Assembly: GCA_964016885.1 (NCBI GenBank)
Contig: OZ024740.1
Coordinates: 160,704,001 to 160,768,000, forward strand
Reading direction: 5' to 3'
Length of the DNA stretch: 64,000 bases
Origin: Eledone cirrhosa
Lineage: Eukaryota
Every line of letters starts with the position of its first letter. The first letter of the stretch is position 1. The notes under the pieces are model-generated. The model was given only the letters and a program-made list of their open reading frames with translations. It made no database searches and was not told the origin of the DNA. Shown piece by piece: positions 15,310 through 28,700 of this stretch. A program made the translations under genes and the position numbers.

Positions 15310-15480
15310 GGTTTTGGATTTAGGCACAAGGCCAACAATTTGGGGAGAGGAGTAAGTCAATTAAATCAACACCAGTGCATTACTGGTACTTTATTTTATC
15401 GAACCTGTAAAAGTGAAAGGCAACCTAACCTCAGCAGGATTTGAACTCAGAATGTCAAGTGACATAATTCTATGTCGCAG
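15310..15480 (-). mobile_element. SINE family 1, older copy
   Basis: ggcacaaggcc..tggtactttattttatcga..ggatttgaactcag. Confidence 0.65.
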
Positions 15481-15690
15481 AGCATACTTTACTTTGGTAT
15501 TGAATACAAAATGCTTCATGTAAACACAGCATCTTTCTTAATGTTATTCTTATATATATATATATATACACACACACACATATATACACATACATATATG
15601 TGTGTTATTGATGGACACGAGATAAAGTACTCAATACCAGAGTAAAGTTTAAATATTCATTTATTTTGGCTAAGCATTGAGCTTTGTTAC

Positions 15691-15740
15691 ATCGTTACTC
15701 TGGAGTTTCACCTGCATACTTGCATGATCATCAAACAAGA
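15691..15740 (-). ncRNA. Degenerate hammerhead in a PLE pLTR relic
   Basis: ttgt-TTGATGA-tcatgca agta tgcaggt-GAAA-ctccagag-TA-acga. Confidence 0.55.
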
Positions 15741-16764
15741 CTAATTTTTTCAATAACAGAGGCAGTATAAAACGGGGATGATTCAAGGATGTGAGGTATG
15801 TGGATAAATGTTTGTATATGGGTATGTCAGGAGGGGGAGATGGAGTTATGAAAAGAGTAAAGCGAAGGAGGGATCATTAAGAGAAATAAGGAAGGAGTGC
15901 ATTGTGTAGTGATGTTGATAGTAATAAGGTCAATGATAGAAATTAGTAAAAGAGGCAAAGCTTCAGGTGATGATGATAAGGATGATGAGGTAGGAGTTGA
16001 TATAAAAAAGGGAAGAGAAAGAAAAAAGGAAGAAGGAAGTAAGGAAAAGGAAAAAAAAGGAAAATAAAGAAGAAAAAAGAGAAAAAGGAATAGACAGTAG
16101 TGATGATGATGATAAAGTGAAATTAGAAAAGTTAGTGAAATTATAATGATGGATTGATAATGGTGGTGGTAGTGACAGAGTTAAGGTAAAATATGAAAAT
16201 ATATAATAAAGGTAAGAAGATGGAAATGAAAAACTGAAATAAAAATTAAAATAAAGAAAGTATCTGAATTTCTTTAACAGTGCAATGTCTCAAAATCTAT
16301 TTTTAAATCAAATATTGGAGAATACTAATAGAATAAACAAACAATTTCCGAACTATAAATAAAGAAAGAGAGAAATAAATAAAAAAAAACAAAAGAAGCA
16401 AAAAAAAAAAAAACGGAAAACTTTTTTGATTGCAAACTTTATATCTAACTGAAAACGTTAGTTCCAACACTAGCAGTTCAAATGATTTTGGAAAGGGATC
16501 TGAATTACTGTGGACTTTTAGTTTTTATTGTCTCTTCATTCTACTACAATTTACAAAACAAACCATTATGGTATGGATTATATACAGATATTTTTTAAAA
16601 AACTAGCTGACTAGTAACATCTATAATGCATTTGCTAATTGTTATAATATTTAAATAATAAATTTGAAACTGTATGTAGCATTGTTAGATAAAGGATTTC
16701 TTCCTCCCTTTGAAACAAACAAACCAAAACAGAACAAACGGGAAAAATTCCAAACATTTCTTTG

Positions 16765-16965
16765 TTACATGATGTGCGGCAACTCATTCTCTACCTCAAT
16801 CCTTGTCACTTTTTCCACAAATCTGGGCTCCACTGCCTGCAATGAGGAGGAGAATAAGGTAGTCAAATACCAGGTCCTGACTGACTGCTTCTTTTTCACA
16901 CCGATCTTCGTCAAGACCTCTGCTGTCTTTGGTCCTTGACCTGCTGATTTCCTCCACAAAGTCAT
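16765..16965 (+). mobile_element. CRE-like C-terminal relic
   Basis: GSTACNEEENKVVKYQVL..FTPIFVKTSAVFGP resembles the AE..K..KY..F.P..ET.G..G tail of the RLE domain. Confidence 0.55.
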
Positions 16966-17059
16966 CAGTTGATCACTAGAGATACACTGTTTCAGTACTT
17001 TAAGATCGATACTACTGGCTCTAATGCACATGGGACAATAACAAATGGACAAAGGACAA

Positions 17060-18620
17060 AACTCTTTGCAAATAAGAAAAAACTAGTAAAAACTGATCTC
17101 CCATGTCTTAACTTTGCACACCTTTACTGTTTCTGCTGCGACTTTTCCCACCTGCTTGTACAGCAAGTGCAAGAAGGAGAACTTATTTCCAAACCAAGCA
17201 TTGTAACCCTCCTGCTTTGCTTGGATGACATCTTTCACCTCTTGATTGAACCAGAAATTTCCCAGCTGAACATCCTTCACTCCATTTCAATGTCCTCAGT
17301 TTGCTCAAGGAGTTCTCAGAATTTGAATGCAATAGTATCCACATATCTGGTCCCCTGACTTCCTTATCTGCTAATGCTTCCCACTTTACACTTTTGGTTG
17401 AGATGGCCCTACCAGTTTTGTGGGCTTTTATGGCTTTAGGTAATCTTAGGCTGCAGATAACCAGATAGTGATCTGTTGAGAGCCTCTCTCTGAACATGGA
17501 TATCTAGCACAGAATCAAAGAGATAGCAAAATCAATTATTGATCTCTGTCCCTGACTCCCCTTATACTATGTGTATTTATGGATAACTTTGTACTGGAAG
17601 GTGTTCATAATAGTGAGCCCATTCCTAGATCAGAAGTTTAGATTGGGATAGCCTTTCCTGCCAATCATCCCTTCCATATAAGGTGATCAGTGCCACCATG
17701 TACATTGAAGTCTCCAATTAGGATATATGACTATCTTAACTACGTCAAATACTGCAGTGACTTCATCAATGATGGATCTGTATTCAGATCTGTTTGGCAC
17801 ATAAATTTGCACCACCCATAGTGACCTTTCTTTTAGCCTAAGCTTCTAGAGGCAAATCCTCCATCCCAATGGGATCCAGTTCATAACACATTCTCGCATT
17901 TGGGGACTTGTGAGTATCACCACTCCCACCTGTGCAGTCATTTCTGACATCACTCCTGAATAGTGGAGTTTCTATCCTCCATCCAAATCTGCAGTGCCAG
18001 AGCCACGGAATTTTGTTGAGGAAACCACGACTATATGTAGTGGGTAGCATCTAGCTCCCTCCACTAATTCCTGTTCCTTAGCTGTAAGGTTTGTAACATT
18101 CAAGTTACTAATTTTCAAGATTTGCTCCCTGTTGGGCCCTTGGGGTCTCAAGATACTTAACCATTCTGTGTTGATTCTATGCCTTTCAGGACAAGACACA
18201 GACTTATTGTAATTTCTTTTAATGTTGAATGGAGACTGCAATATATGTTTATCAAACAGGGCCCTCTACCTTACATCTCTTGTAATCCTGCATGAACGAT
18301 GAAGTGGTATGACTGCCTTTATTGTGTCTAGCTATACTGTAGTGTTATGGTGGACTTATTTGTACCAGTCACCAATTTGGTACTTTTCTCAGATCCGTGA
18401 AGAGTAAGGTTTCTTAAAAGCAGCCCTTACTTGCCTCATCATAGCTACACCACTGGGTTGTGAAAGTTTACTTGGGAGTTGAGAGTGTTACTCACAGCTG
18501 CATATCTCCCCTACCAGTTTAACACTCTTGGTCCAGGCCTGCTTACTCATCTGACAGGAGCCTATTTATATTGTAACTAACCATCATGGTGGCCGCATTA
18601 CTCTCTACCACCTGTCATCT
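17060..18620 (-). mobile_element. Decayed RTE (Expander/Rex3-like) 5' region and endonuclease
   Basis: NVTNLTAKEQELV..IVVVSSTKFRGSG, LSTDHYLV and WFNQEVKDVIQAK fragments; the left and right limits are approximate. Confidence 0.7.
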
Positions 18621-18662
18621 GTTCTCTAGCAGCAGAACAGCTCTGCTAAAAAAAATATATAT

Positions 18663-19150
18663 ATCATCATCGTCATATGTCTATCTTCCCCGTGTCTCAC
18701 TCGTATAGGACTATCTGGCAGGTTTTCTACGGCTGGATGCCCTTCCTAACACCAACCACATTTACAGTGTGGACTGGGAGCTTTTTACCGTGTTGCCTAC
18801 ACGACCACATTACAGCGTGGACTGTGTGTTTTTTTGTCGTGACACCTACACGACCTCATTAGTTTGGACTGGATGTTGTGGTACCAACATAACTTTACAG
18901 AGAAAGGGTGGTGTTGTGGGAGTGGGAGTAGGGGTAGTGGGTTGGGGTGTATATTTGGTTAAGAGGTGCCTACTGACTGTAGGTTTCACTTTATACATAG
19001 GCAAGGTGGGTCTTCTGTATTACTGCGTGGCGCCAAAGATCTCGGTCCAGTGACATTGCCTTAGAGAGGTGTAAGTGTGTAAGGTCGGAATTGATCAAAT
19101 CGTCCCAGTTTTTTCTGGGTCTACCTACTCCGTAACTTCCATCTATTTTG
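18663..19150 (-). mobile_element. 3' fragment of RTE family B
   Basis: IDGSYGVGRPRKNWDDLINSDLTHLHL plus a 3' UTR matching 54160-54600. Confidence 0.8.
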
Positions 19151-20292
19151 ATTTTGATATATATATGATGATGATGATATATATATATATAGAAAAGTGC
19201 ACACATGTTGACAGAACCACACACACATACACACACTTGCACATATTCATATATATGTTTAAAAAGGTATAAAGTGTCTAGATACTACTAAGGCATACAC
19301 AGGTGGCAAATAAAAGTCTTCTTATCCCTCACACACATTACCTGGCACCTACTTTTTAAATTCCCCTCAGTTATACTTTTTCATGAACTCATACATTCAT
19401 ATATATACAGTTTTCATATTGCAATTTCTAGATTTCCATATCCTCATAATTTGCCACCATCTTAACGAGATCTAATTAAATACTGCAACAGAGACTTTCT
19501 GTTTACTTATATTCAACTTAGCCATTCTGGCATCTTTTCTTTTCCATTTACCTTAGTGATATCTATAAAAGATATGTCGTTTTTAAACATACATATATGT
19601 GCATGAGTGTATTTCTATGTGTGTGTGTATAGGGTGTGTGATATAAATATCATAAATGTATTCATGAATGTATAGGTGTGTGTATATGGTGTGTGATATA
19701 AATATCATAAATATCATGAATGTATAGGTGTATGATATAAATATCAGCAGCAATATACTATTTCACCACCACCTTGTTCATGATGTTAGTTGTCATTTGC
19801 CTTTCAGCTTTAGCTTGCAATTTAACAATGTATGTGTATGTAGAAAAAAATACACTCCACCTCACAAATTTATTGTACTTCTAAACCATTTATATTCTTT
19901 CACCTTTTGCCTTTACAACTATATTGTTTCCTTATTTTGACTTGTAATATCTTAACAATTTATTATCATTTCATATTTTATATTTTTTTTAAATCACTAA
20001 TTCTCTTGAAAATTTTTTGCTAGCTCTTTTGAATTTTTATTTGTTTACTTAACCATTTATTATACCAAGCTGACCAAAACCAGCTCTGGTTCAATGAAAC
20101 AACACTACCCATTTTAAAGGGTTCTTTTTTAAATTAAAAGATTTCAACATAATTTTATATAAAAACTATTTTTAAATTATCATTTTCATCACAATCATTT
20201 TACATCCAGGTTTCAATGCAAGTTACTAGTCAGTAATGAATGATTAATGTAAATCTCTCAGTTTTTCATTAATTAATTGAGATAAATAATAT

Positions 20293-20480
20293 CGGTGGAT
20301 TGGCAGTATCGGTAGAGGGTCGGATGCCATGCTTTGACGCATGGAGAAACAGCCCTTGCCATTCTGAGTTCAAATCCTGCCGAGGTTAACTTTGCCTTTC
20401 ATCCTTACGGGGTCGATAAAACAAAGTACCAGTAATGCACTGGGTAATTGCTGGCCTTGTGCCAAAAAGTAGAAACAATT
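20293..20480 (+). mobile_element. SINE family 1
   Basis: Family match; 16-bp TSD aattaattgagataaa. Confidence 0.88.
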
Positions 20481-21251
20481 AATTAATTGAGATAAAGTGT
20501 AATATTTTAGGAATAAAGTTTCAAAATAGTTAACTTGCAACACCATCATAGTGAAAAGAAGTCAAAATCTTTGATATAGGATCTGTCTGTCATTATAGTA
20601 AGCTAAATTAACTGATTAAAAGTAATTAAGGATATAAATGGCTAAGCCCGTCCAAAATATGTATGTTCAAAATAATATATATCTAGTACCATTGTCTATA
20701 TTTTGCCTGAAGATGAAATATGAAATTTTACTTTATGAAAGTTAGCTTCTGTATATAGCAATGCTCTACTTTCTTTCAAGTTTATACCCATGTGTGTGTG
20801 TAATATATTTATATATGTGAATACAGCATGGTAAAAGGGTCAGGGTGTTTGTTTCACTAACATTAGGCCTCAGGTTTAATTCCACTGCATTACATCTTGA
20901 AGTGTCATTTACCAGTGAAACTGGGTAGAAGCAAATTGTTTAAAAAAACCACTGGTTGGATTCCAGAAAATTTGTTTCAAGACATTATCCTTGTCACACA
21001 CTGCATTATGCTACATCTCCATGAGAGCTACATTGAATGCTCAGCCATTTACACCTTAATTTCAATTGCTGGGACACTCATCAATGAAACTGATGGAAAT
21101 TCACACCATGTCTGAAATGTTATATTCCTACTATATTAAACATCAAACCAATATATATCACCATTTGACTGTATCATTTTTCTGTGTCGTTTTTACTCAT
21201 TGACTTTTCACAAACATATATATATATATATATATATAATAATGATAATAA

Positions 21252-21660
21252 TGTCATGACAAAAAGCACTCAGCCCATACTGTAATGTGGCCGTGTAGGT
21301 GTCATGACAAAAAATATCCAGCCCACTATAAATTGGTATGTAGGTGCTATGATAAAAGTGCTCAGCCAACATTGTAAAGTAGTTGTGTTGGTATCACGAC
21401 AAAAAGCTCCCAGTCCACACTGTAAATTGGTTGTGTAGGTGTCACAACAAAAAGCTTGAGCCCACACTATAAATTGCCAGTGTAAGTGTCATGACAAAAA
21501 AGGACCAAGTTCACACTGTAAATGTGGTTGGCATTAGGAAGGGCATCCAGCTGTAGAAACCAATTCTTTATGAGCTCTTGACCTGACTTGCCTCAAACAA
21601 GACAACCTGTCTGAGCCATGCTATTGTGTAAAATGGATGTTAAACAATGTCAATGATATA
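21252..21660 (+). repeat. RTE-related non-autonomous element with six tandem ~46-bp units
   Basis: Unit tgtcacgacaaaaagcwcccagtccacactgtaaa(g/t)tggycgtgtagg x6 (diverged), then ttaggaagggcatccagc and an RTE-like tail. Confidence 0.8.
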
Positions 21661-22467
21661 TAAACGCATGTCTATTTGTGTGTATTTGTGTTTGTAATGC
21701 AACTTTTCTCATTGTTTGCAATTATTAATAGTGTTTCTGATAAGTGATATCAAACTATATAAATGTAAACTATGATTCTTGAGTGAGAAAGGAAGCAACT
21801 CTTCAATGTCGTTATAAGTACCATTGTTTAGCTGCAGATTAATGGTATTAAATATTTGATAAATGTTCTCTATGTGTGACTAGGATTAAACAGATTATAC
21901 ATACTGTTGTTACTCTTGTATGCAATTTAGTAATGTATATGCATTAATAAAATGCTGATTCTTCAATAGATACTGTACTACAGAATATATGTATAAATGT
22001 TTCTCCAATACAGTAAGTACAAACAGATGTAAACACTTTGTCTATATATGCAATATTTCTGTGGCTAGAAATAAAAAAAATTAAACTGAAGTTGTGTTGG
22101 GATTTCATAATTGATTATTATCCTCTTCAACTGCTCACAAACATACTGCTAATAAGTTGTTAAAGACAAAAAGTATTTTTTCAATTCTGTGAAAGCAGAA
22201 TGGTATCCCATACCGTAGGTACGATTTCGGCTTGTTTTTTATGCTGCAAAAGAGCTGAATTTCAAATTCAGACAATTTTTTTTTCTTCGTGAGACTGTTC
22301 ATATCTACGGAAGTTCATAAGTAGGATGTTCATAAGATGGGGACTTACTGTATATCTATATATCTCTAGCCAACTGTGTGTAACAGGCAGATGTGAGCAT
22401 CTTTTCATCTGTATAAAGAGTACCTCCATGGACAAAAAAAAGGGATCAGCTGAACTAGTTTCAATCC

Positions 22468-22513
22468 TGTGATGGAATTTTATCAGCAATGTGATGGAAT
22501 TTTATCAGCAATG
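22468..22513. repeat. Perfect 22-bp tandem duplication
   Basis: tgtgatggaattttatcagcaa x2. Confidence 0.85.
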
Positions 22514-22566
22514 AAGGACTGTCTTCAACTTTCCAAGGTTTGACCACCTCCAATTTCTCCCAGAAA

Positions 22567-22590
22567 AGAGAGAGAGAGAGAGAGGGAGAG

Positions 22591-22638
<48 letters not shown>
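22567..22638. repeat. (AG)n microsatellite
   Basis: Read directly. Confidence 0.95.
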
Positions 22639-22642
<4 letters not shown>

Positions 22643-25600
22643 AACATCAGCCCCTACTACTCAACAGGCACTTTATTTATTGATCTTGTAAAGATAAATG
22701 GCAAAGTTGGCCCCAGTCAGATTACAACTGAGAGCACAGTGCCAGAATGAATACTGCAAAACATTCTATATGACACCCATACAACTTTGCTAGTTTTCCT
22801 CCTTTTTCTATGTATAGTCTCTGCAAATCATCTTTTCTAATTAAATATTAACGTCCTGTACCACCTGAAACTGCAATAGGAAGACATTTTTGAAAATTAT
22901 AAAACACCACTATCACTACCTTGCATTAGAAATTCAAGTCTTTTAACCTCATATTGCAAATTTTCACAACAATCTGTCCTCTAATAATGATACTACAAAC
23001 GTTTGAATAAAGAAATATGTTTTTTAGACATTTTCTGCTCAATCATTGCAAGATGCAAAGAGTTAAATGTCCAAAATATTTTAATTTTCTCCCTTTGATG
23101 GTGTCTGATATATTTTTTAGTCTTTAGCATGTTTACCATTTTGGTTTTTGTGTTTTGTCCTTAATATTTTCAAAATTCTTCTACTTGTCCACATCTCAAA
23201 GACTTCTAATCTATTTCATAATACTTTCATTAATGTCAATGTTTCAGCCACATATCATAGCACAAACTGTACATAACAATTTAGAAAGATATTACAATAA
23301 GAGCAATGCAAAGAAATGGTTGTGGTGGTGGTGGCATCAGCAGTGGTTTAGATAATGGTCAGTCATAATTCTAGATGACTCTGCTACCTTCTGCAATAAA
23401 ATGATTAATGATAATAGTTATATGTAGCAATGGTAATGATGGTGAATTCCTCATATTGATCATCATCACCATCATCACTTTCATCAATATTATCATCATC
23501 TTTGTCATCATCATCACCATCATTGTCTTCATCTTCATCCTTATCATCATCATTAGCACCACTACCACCACCATCACCAACAACAACATTATGATGAGGA
23601 TGATGATGATTATCATTTCCCTTTTGTATGAGATAAAGCCAAGTAATATTTACAATATCATTTGCTCACTTTCTCTTTTTCCCTCCTTTCAATACATCAT
23701 CTATTCTATCCATCCCTATATCCATTTTGTCTAATCCAATACAAACAAATGACCTTCCGATTCTGTAATCCATCATGATAGCCATGAAAACATTCCATAC
23801 TTTGGTATTATAGGATAATGGCTGTGATCTTAGAAATAATCCAGAAAATACTTTGATCCACGAAATAGTTTAAGACAAACTTCCTGTTTGATAAATTGTT
23901 CTTGTGATGGTTGTCGTTATCATTGTTGGCTTTGTTAGGTCTGTTGTAATTGTGGTTGCTGATTGTCGTTTAATTTAAGAAACACTGTTAAATTGTGTAT
24001 GTGTGTCAGGGAGAATATGTTGGGTAGTGTTTGTTACAGGGAATCTGTGTTAGTATGTATATGTGAGTGTGTATTGTGTTTGAATGTGTGTTTGTGTATG
24101 AGAGAGAGAGAGAGAGAATGTAGGTGTGTATGTGAGAGATATGTGTGAGTATGTGTGATTGTATGGGTTTAAGAGAATATGTGTGTGTATGTGCATGTGT
24201 AAGGGAGATATAATATGTGTATACAAGTGTATGTAGGAGAACATGTGTTTAAGAGAATACATGTAAACATATGTGTGAGAGGGCATGTGTGACTGAATGA
24301 GTGAGAAAGCGAGTATATGTGAGTGTATTATGTGTATAGGAAATGGTGCATGGGCATATGAGAGTGTGGGTATGTGGTGCAGTGATGTAATGATATTCTG
24401 GATATCATATAGTAAGTAGAAGATTGATATTGGTTTAGTATTACTAAATATTCTCAGAAGAACAGCAGTGATTGGTTGTGATAGTATGTAGTCTGGTGAT
24501 TAAGGTGTTCAGCTCAGGATTATTAGGTGAAGAGTTTGATTTCCTGTGGTATATTCCTCTAGTTCACTCAGCTGGCAACAATGAGTTGTATTTGTAATTC
24601 AAAGTCTTGTCATACACTATCTCACACTGAATCTCTCTAAGAATAACATTAATATTACATGTATCTATGGAATGCGCGGCCACTTTCAGGTTAATTTCAC
24701 AAGTAAGCTGTACTATTGGTCAAATAACTAATAGCACTACACACTTGTCAAAATCAATGGAAGTCCTGTATGCAGTCGTAGTTGTTATTTTTGTTGTTGT
24801 TGTTCTTTAGCTTCATGCAAATCTTTGATTAAAAACATTTCTGTTATAAACAGTCTTTATTTGCTTTTACAATCAGGTTATTTAGAATCCAAGAAGCCAA
24901 TATGTCCTTTACCTTGAAAATAGTTGACTGATTCTTATGAAAATTTGGCTGTTATTTCTAGCAAGTTAAGTTAATGCTTAGTGGCTCACTTATTGACTTG
25001 CTGTTGTCACATTGCTTTTGTTGTTAGACTCTAGCACAAACTTATTTGAGCAGGTCTATAGTCGAAGCTATTCCACCCATGGCTAAGCTGTTTCATCATA
25101 TTGTGGTATCCCATACTTATGTAATAACAGCCATACCATAGACTTGAGAACTTATCAATAATCTGATTACTGAAATTCGATAGGGTAGTATAGTAACATA
25201 GTAGTGGTATAATATGCAAAGTAACAGGTTTTGACATTACAATTAAGGAATTGATTTACTGTATAAAAAATATGTAGAAAAAAGTCAGTAGTAAAAACAA
25301 TTGTTATACGGAAGCATGAGAGAGTTGACAGAAGTTTAAATGTGTATATAAGTGTATTTACATACACACACACACATATATATATATGCACACACAGATA
25401 TATGTATGTATATACCTCATACGTGTGTGTGTGTGTGTGTATCATCATCATCATTATATATATTAGAGAGAGAGAGAGAAATAGATAGATTGAGAGATAG
25501 ATAAATTGATAGTTAAATAGATATGTTTCTTTATTAGCCACAGGGGCACAAAAGAAGGGGACAAATACAAAGGGAAGTTTACATACAATAACACCATGTA

Positions 25601-25762
25601 AAATATTATCACAAATGCAATTTAAAAATTAGTCGATTTTCCCCAATAGGGGGAGACATTTCATATGGGTAACACATACCCCCGAAAAAAAAATGTGCAA
25701 CCCTCATCTCCAGGAGTACGAAGAGTTTGTACTCCTTTCCTCTCCTCCTCTTTTTCCTCAAC

Positions 25763-28700
25763 CTACAGGCTGATATAGAGAGAAGGCCCATTCACTCGGG
25801 CCATTCTCGCCACTTTCACCCACCTTTCATAAAACTTGCTGGGGAACAGCACCTCTCTCTCCATCCTGATTCTTCTTCCAAAGTGGTATTTGAAAAAAAG
25901 AATCAGTTGTTGGCCGGAGAGAAAGGTGTTTGACCTCAGCCCTTTCAACCTTGTCCACCATACAACCTCTTTCACCATAGCTATCACACAAAGGAAAACC
26001 GCCTCTCCTTCGTTTTTGAAGGAGGGTGGCGGTTTGATCATGACAATGGACTCGGTGGTCAACCGGATTGGTCCCACCCGCGACAATAGTCGTTCTGCAT
26101 AGCCCAACAGGTCGGTGACACCCGGGCAGTGGATGAATGCATGCACGAGGGTTTCTTCGCCTAGCACGCACCTCAGACAGATCTTTTTTGCAGATCTGCC
26201 CGGGCGCCCATGTCTGTAGAGCTCCTCGGTAGCACTCCAGGCCAGGGACTTTTGGAAGTTGTCCATCGGTCCCGGGCGGAAGGTCCTACCGAACAGTCTG
26301 GCCAATTCGTCTTCCTCTACACCTAGAGTTTCACCGAGCACGTCGTCGCACTTGCTGCGGATCAACCCTCTATAGAATGACGAAGAGGAGTCTCCACTGA
26401 TCGCCGGGTCCGCCTGCCCGAGGGCTGTGAGCGCCTGAGCACATTCGATGTGCCAGTCGCCCATTTTCCTCGGTCTTTGCTTGACCCAGGACTGCAGCTC
26501 GGTCAGTGAGATGAGTCGTGGGAAGGCTCGCCTCACGAACGGGGCCCACAGCGGTTGTCCGGTGAGGAATACGTAGAGATGCCGCAGCCTGAGCGCATCG
26601 TCAGCCATGGCATCCCCAGTCCTCCGTTGGAAGGGCGTTGGCAGCAGATGGATCTTCTCACCAAAGGAGCCCACCTCTTCCAAAGGAATTGGAAGAGCGC
26701 GCACTCCATTTTGGCGAGCGTTTTGGCTGGACAAGGCACGATGGTCAAGCGGTAGTAGATGGCGGATGCTATAAAAGTGTTCGCCACCTCTGCACGACCT
26801 TTCAAGGATAGTTTGCACTCGACCCACTTCTGGGTGAGTGCAAACACCTTGGCCGACACCTCGTTCCAGTTCTTCTCCACCTGGAGGTCCGGACCAAACC
26901 AGACCCCGAGCAGCTTTACTGGTCCTTCCGTCCAGCGTCCGACGACGCCATCAGAAGGCATCGGTTTGCCTCTCCACGATCCGAGTTGCAAACCGATGGA
27001 CTTGTTCCGGTTCAGCTTCGCTCCTGTGAACCTTTCGTATTCCTTCAGTAAGGTGCCGACTTCCTCGATTTGCGAGGCGCTCGACACCATTACTGTCACG
27101 TCGTCGGCGTAGGCTGATGCCGCTTTCCGCAGTCCCGGTTCCAGAGGGATGCCCTGCAATAGCTCCAACTTCCGCAGTAGTGGCTCGAGAGTCAATACGT
27201 ACAGAATGGAGGAGAGAGGGCATCCCTGTCGAATGGATCGCGTAATATGGAACGGCTCCGAGAGGTAGCCGTTCACCTTAACCCTTGAGCAGATGTTGCT
27301 GTTACGCATTGCAGCAATCCAGCCCCTGAACACGGGTCCGAAGCCTGCTGCCTCGAGCACCGCATCCAGGTAACGATGGTCAACCCTATCGAAAGCCTTA
27401 GACTGGTCCAAGTTGATCAGGGCCCCACCGAAGCTGGGTTTACACCCTACCCTCTCTATGATGTATCGCATGAGGTGGAGGTTGTCGTGTATGACCTGGT
27501 CGGGATTGCGCATGTCTGCGCTTCTCCCACCAGGTTCTCGACGACAAGCGCCTCTTTGCCAAACACCTTGGCCAAAATCTGTAACTCTGTGTTTAGCAGA
27601 GTTATGGGCCGGAAGTTGCCTATGACATCCCCCTTATTCTCGTCCTTCCTGACTAGTGTGACTACGCCCCCGGTCACAGAACTGGGAATTCTCCCGTTCT
27701 TCTGTTGCCCGTTGCAGTAAACCGCTTCCAGGAGACCGGAGAATAAGTCCGGCATTGCTACGTAAAATTCGTAGGGTAGACCATCGAGACCTGGAGAATT
27801 GCGTTTGCCGCATTGGCTCAGCGCGTCCCCTATCTCAGCGGCTGAAATCGGCTTTTCGCAGAACTTTGCCTCGCTGTCTGAGAGTCGCGGTAGGCCGTCG
27901 AGGTATGGACCGAAATCCATAGCCCCCCCCTGTCCGAACAGCTGAGCAAAGTGCCGCTGAAAGGCTGCACACATCTGCTTCGGCTCACGTATCACGCCTC
28001 CGTTTTGGTCCTTCAAAGACCGAATCGTGGACTTGTTGCCACTTTTTGCCTTCGTCACCCGAGCCCAGCTAACAGCTTTGGCTCCCTCATTTCCCAGAGC
28101 ACGTATTTTGCTTCTGACAACGCAGCCCTCATGCTTAGCGTCGAAGAACTGGTCGAAGGCCGTTCTCGTTGTTAGCACGCTGGCTACGTTGCCACTTCTA
28201 ATTGCCTCTTCTACTTTATCTACCAGTTCTTTCTCGGTTCTATTTCTATCTAACGCTAATTCTTTACTAAAAACTAACGAATCTAATCTTACTGCCCTCT
28301 TGAGAGAGTACCACCACCTGTTGTTGACAATGGCCCCTGTCAAGTGCTGTTTAACTAAAGGGCTAATCCGTCTACTGTAGGCTTTGCATGTCGGTAACGA
28401 CAAGTTCAGCTTCTAGTAGCCGGGTCCTTGTTTATGGGTTTTTAGGAAACAGATGTGTTGTCACCAATAAAGGAAAGGAATGTTTCTCTTTGTTGAATAT
28501 AATTCACCAATTTGGTAGATAGAGTGTTGTCACCAGATTTAGCGGAGAAGTATATTTCAGAAGTTGTTGTAATGTCGCCACGAGGAACCAGGTTTGGTAG
28601 AAAGATATGATAGGAATATCGAAAACGACTTTTGCTTGGTTTTACATTATTTATTAACAGAGGTTGAGCTGGCATGCCAAGAGCAATTAAACAAACGAAT

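Noticed and set aside
21252-21530. CRISPR-like array
   Set aside because: The units are contiguous diverged repeats with no unique spacers, there are no cas genes, and the context is eukaryotic retroelement DNA
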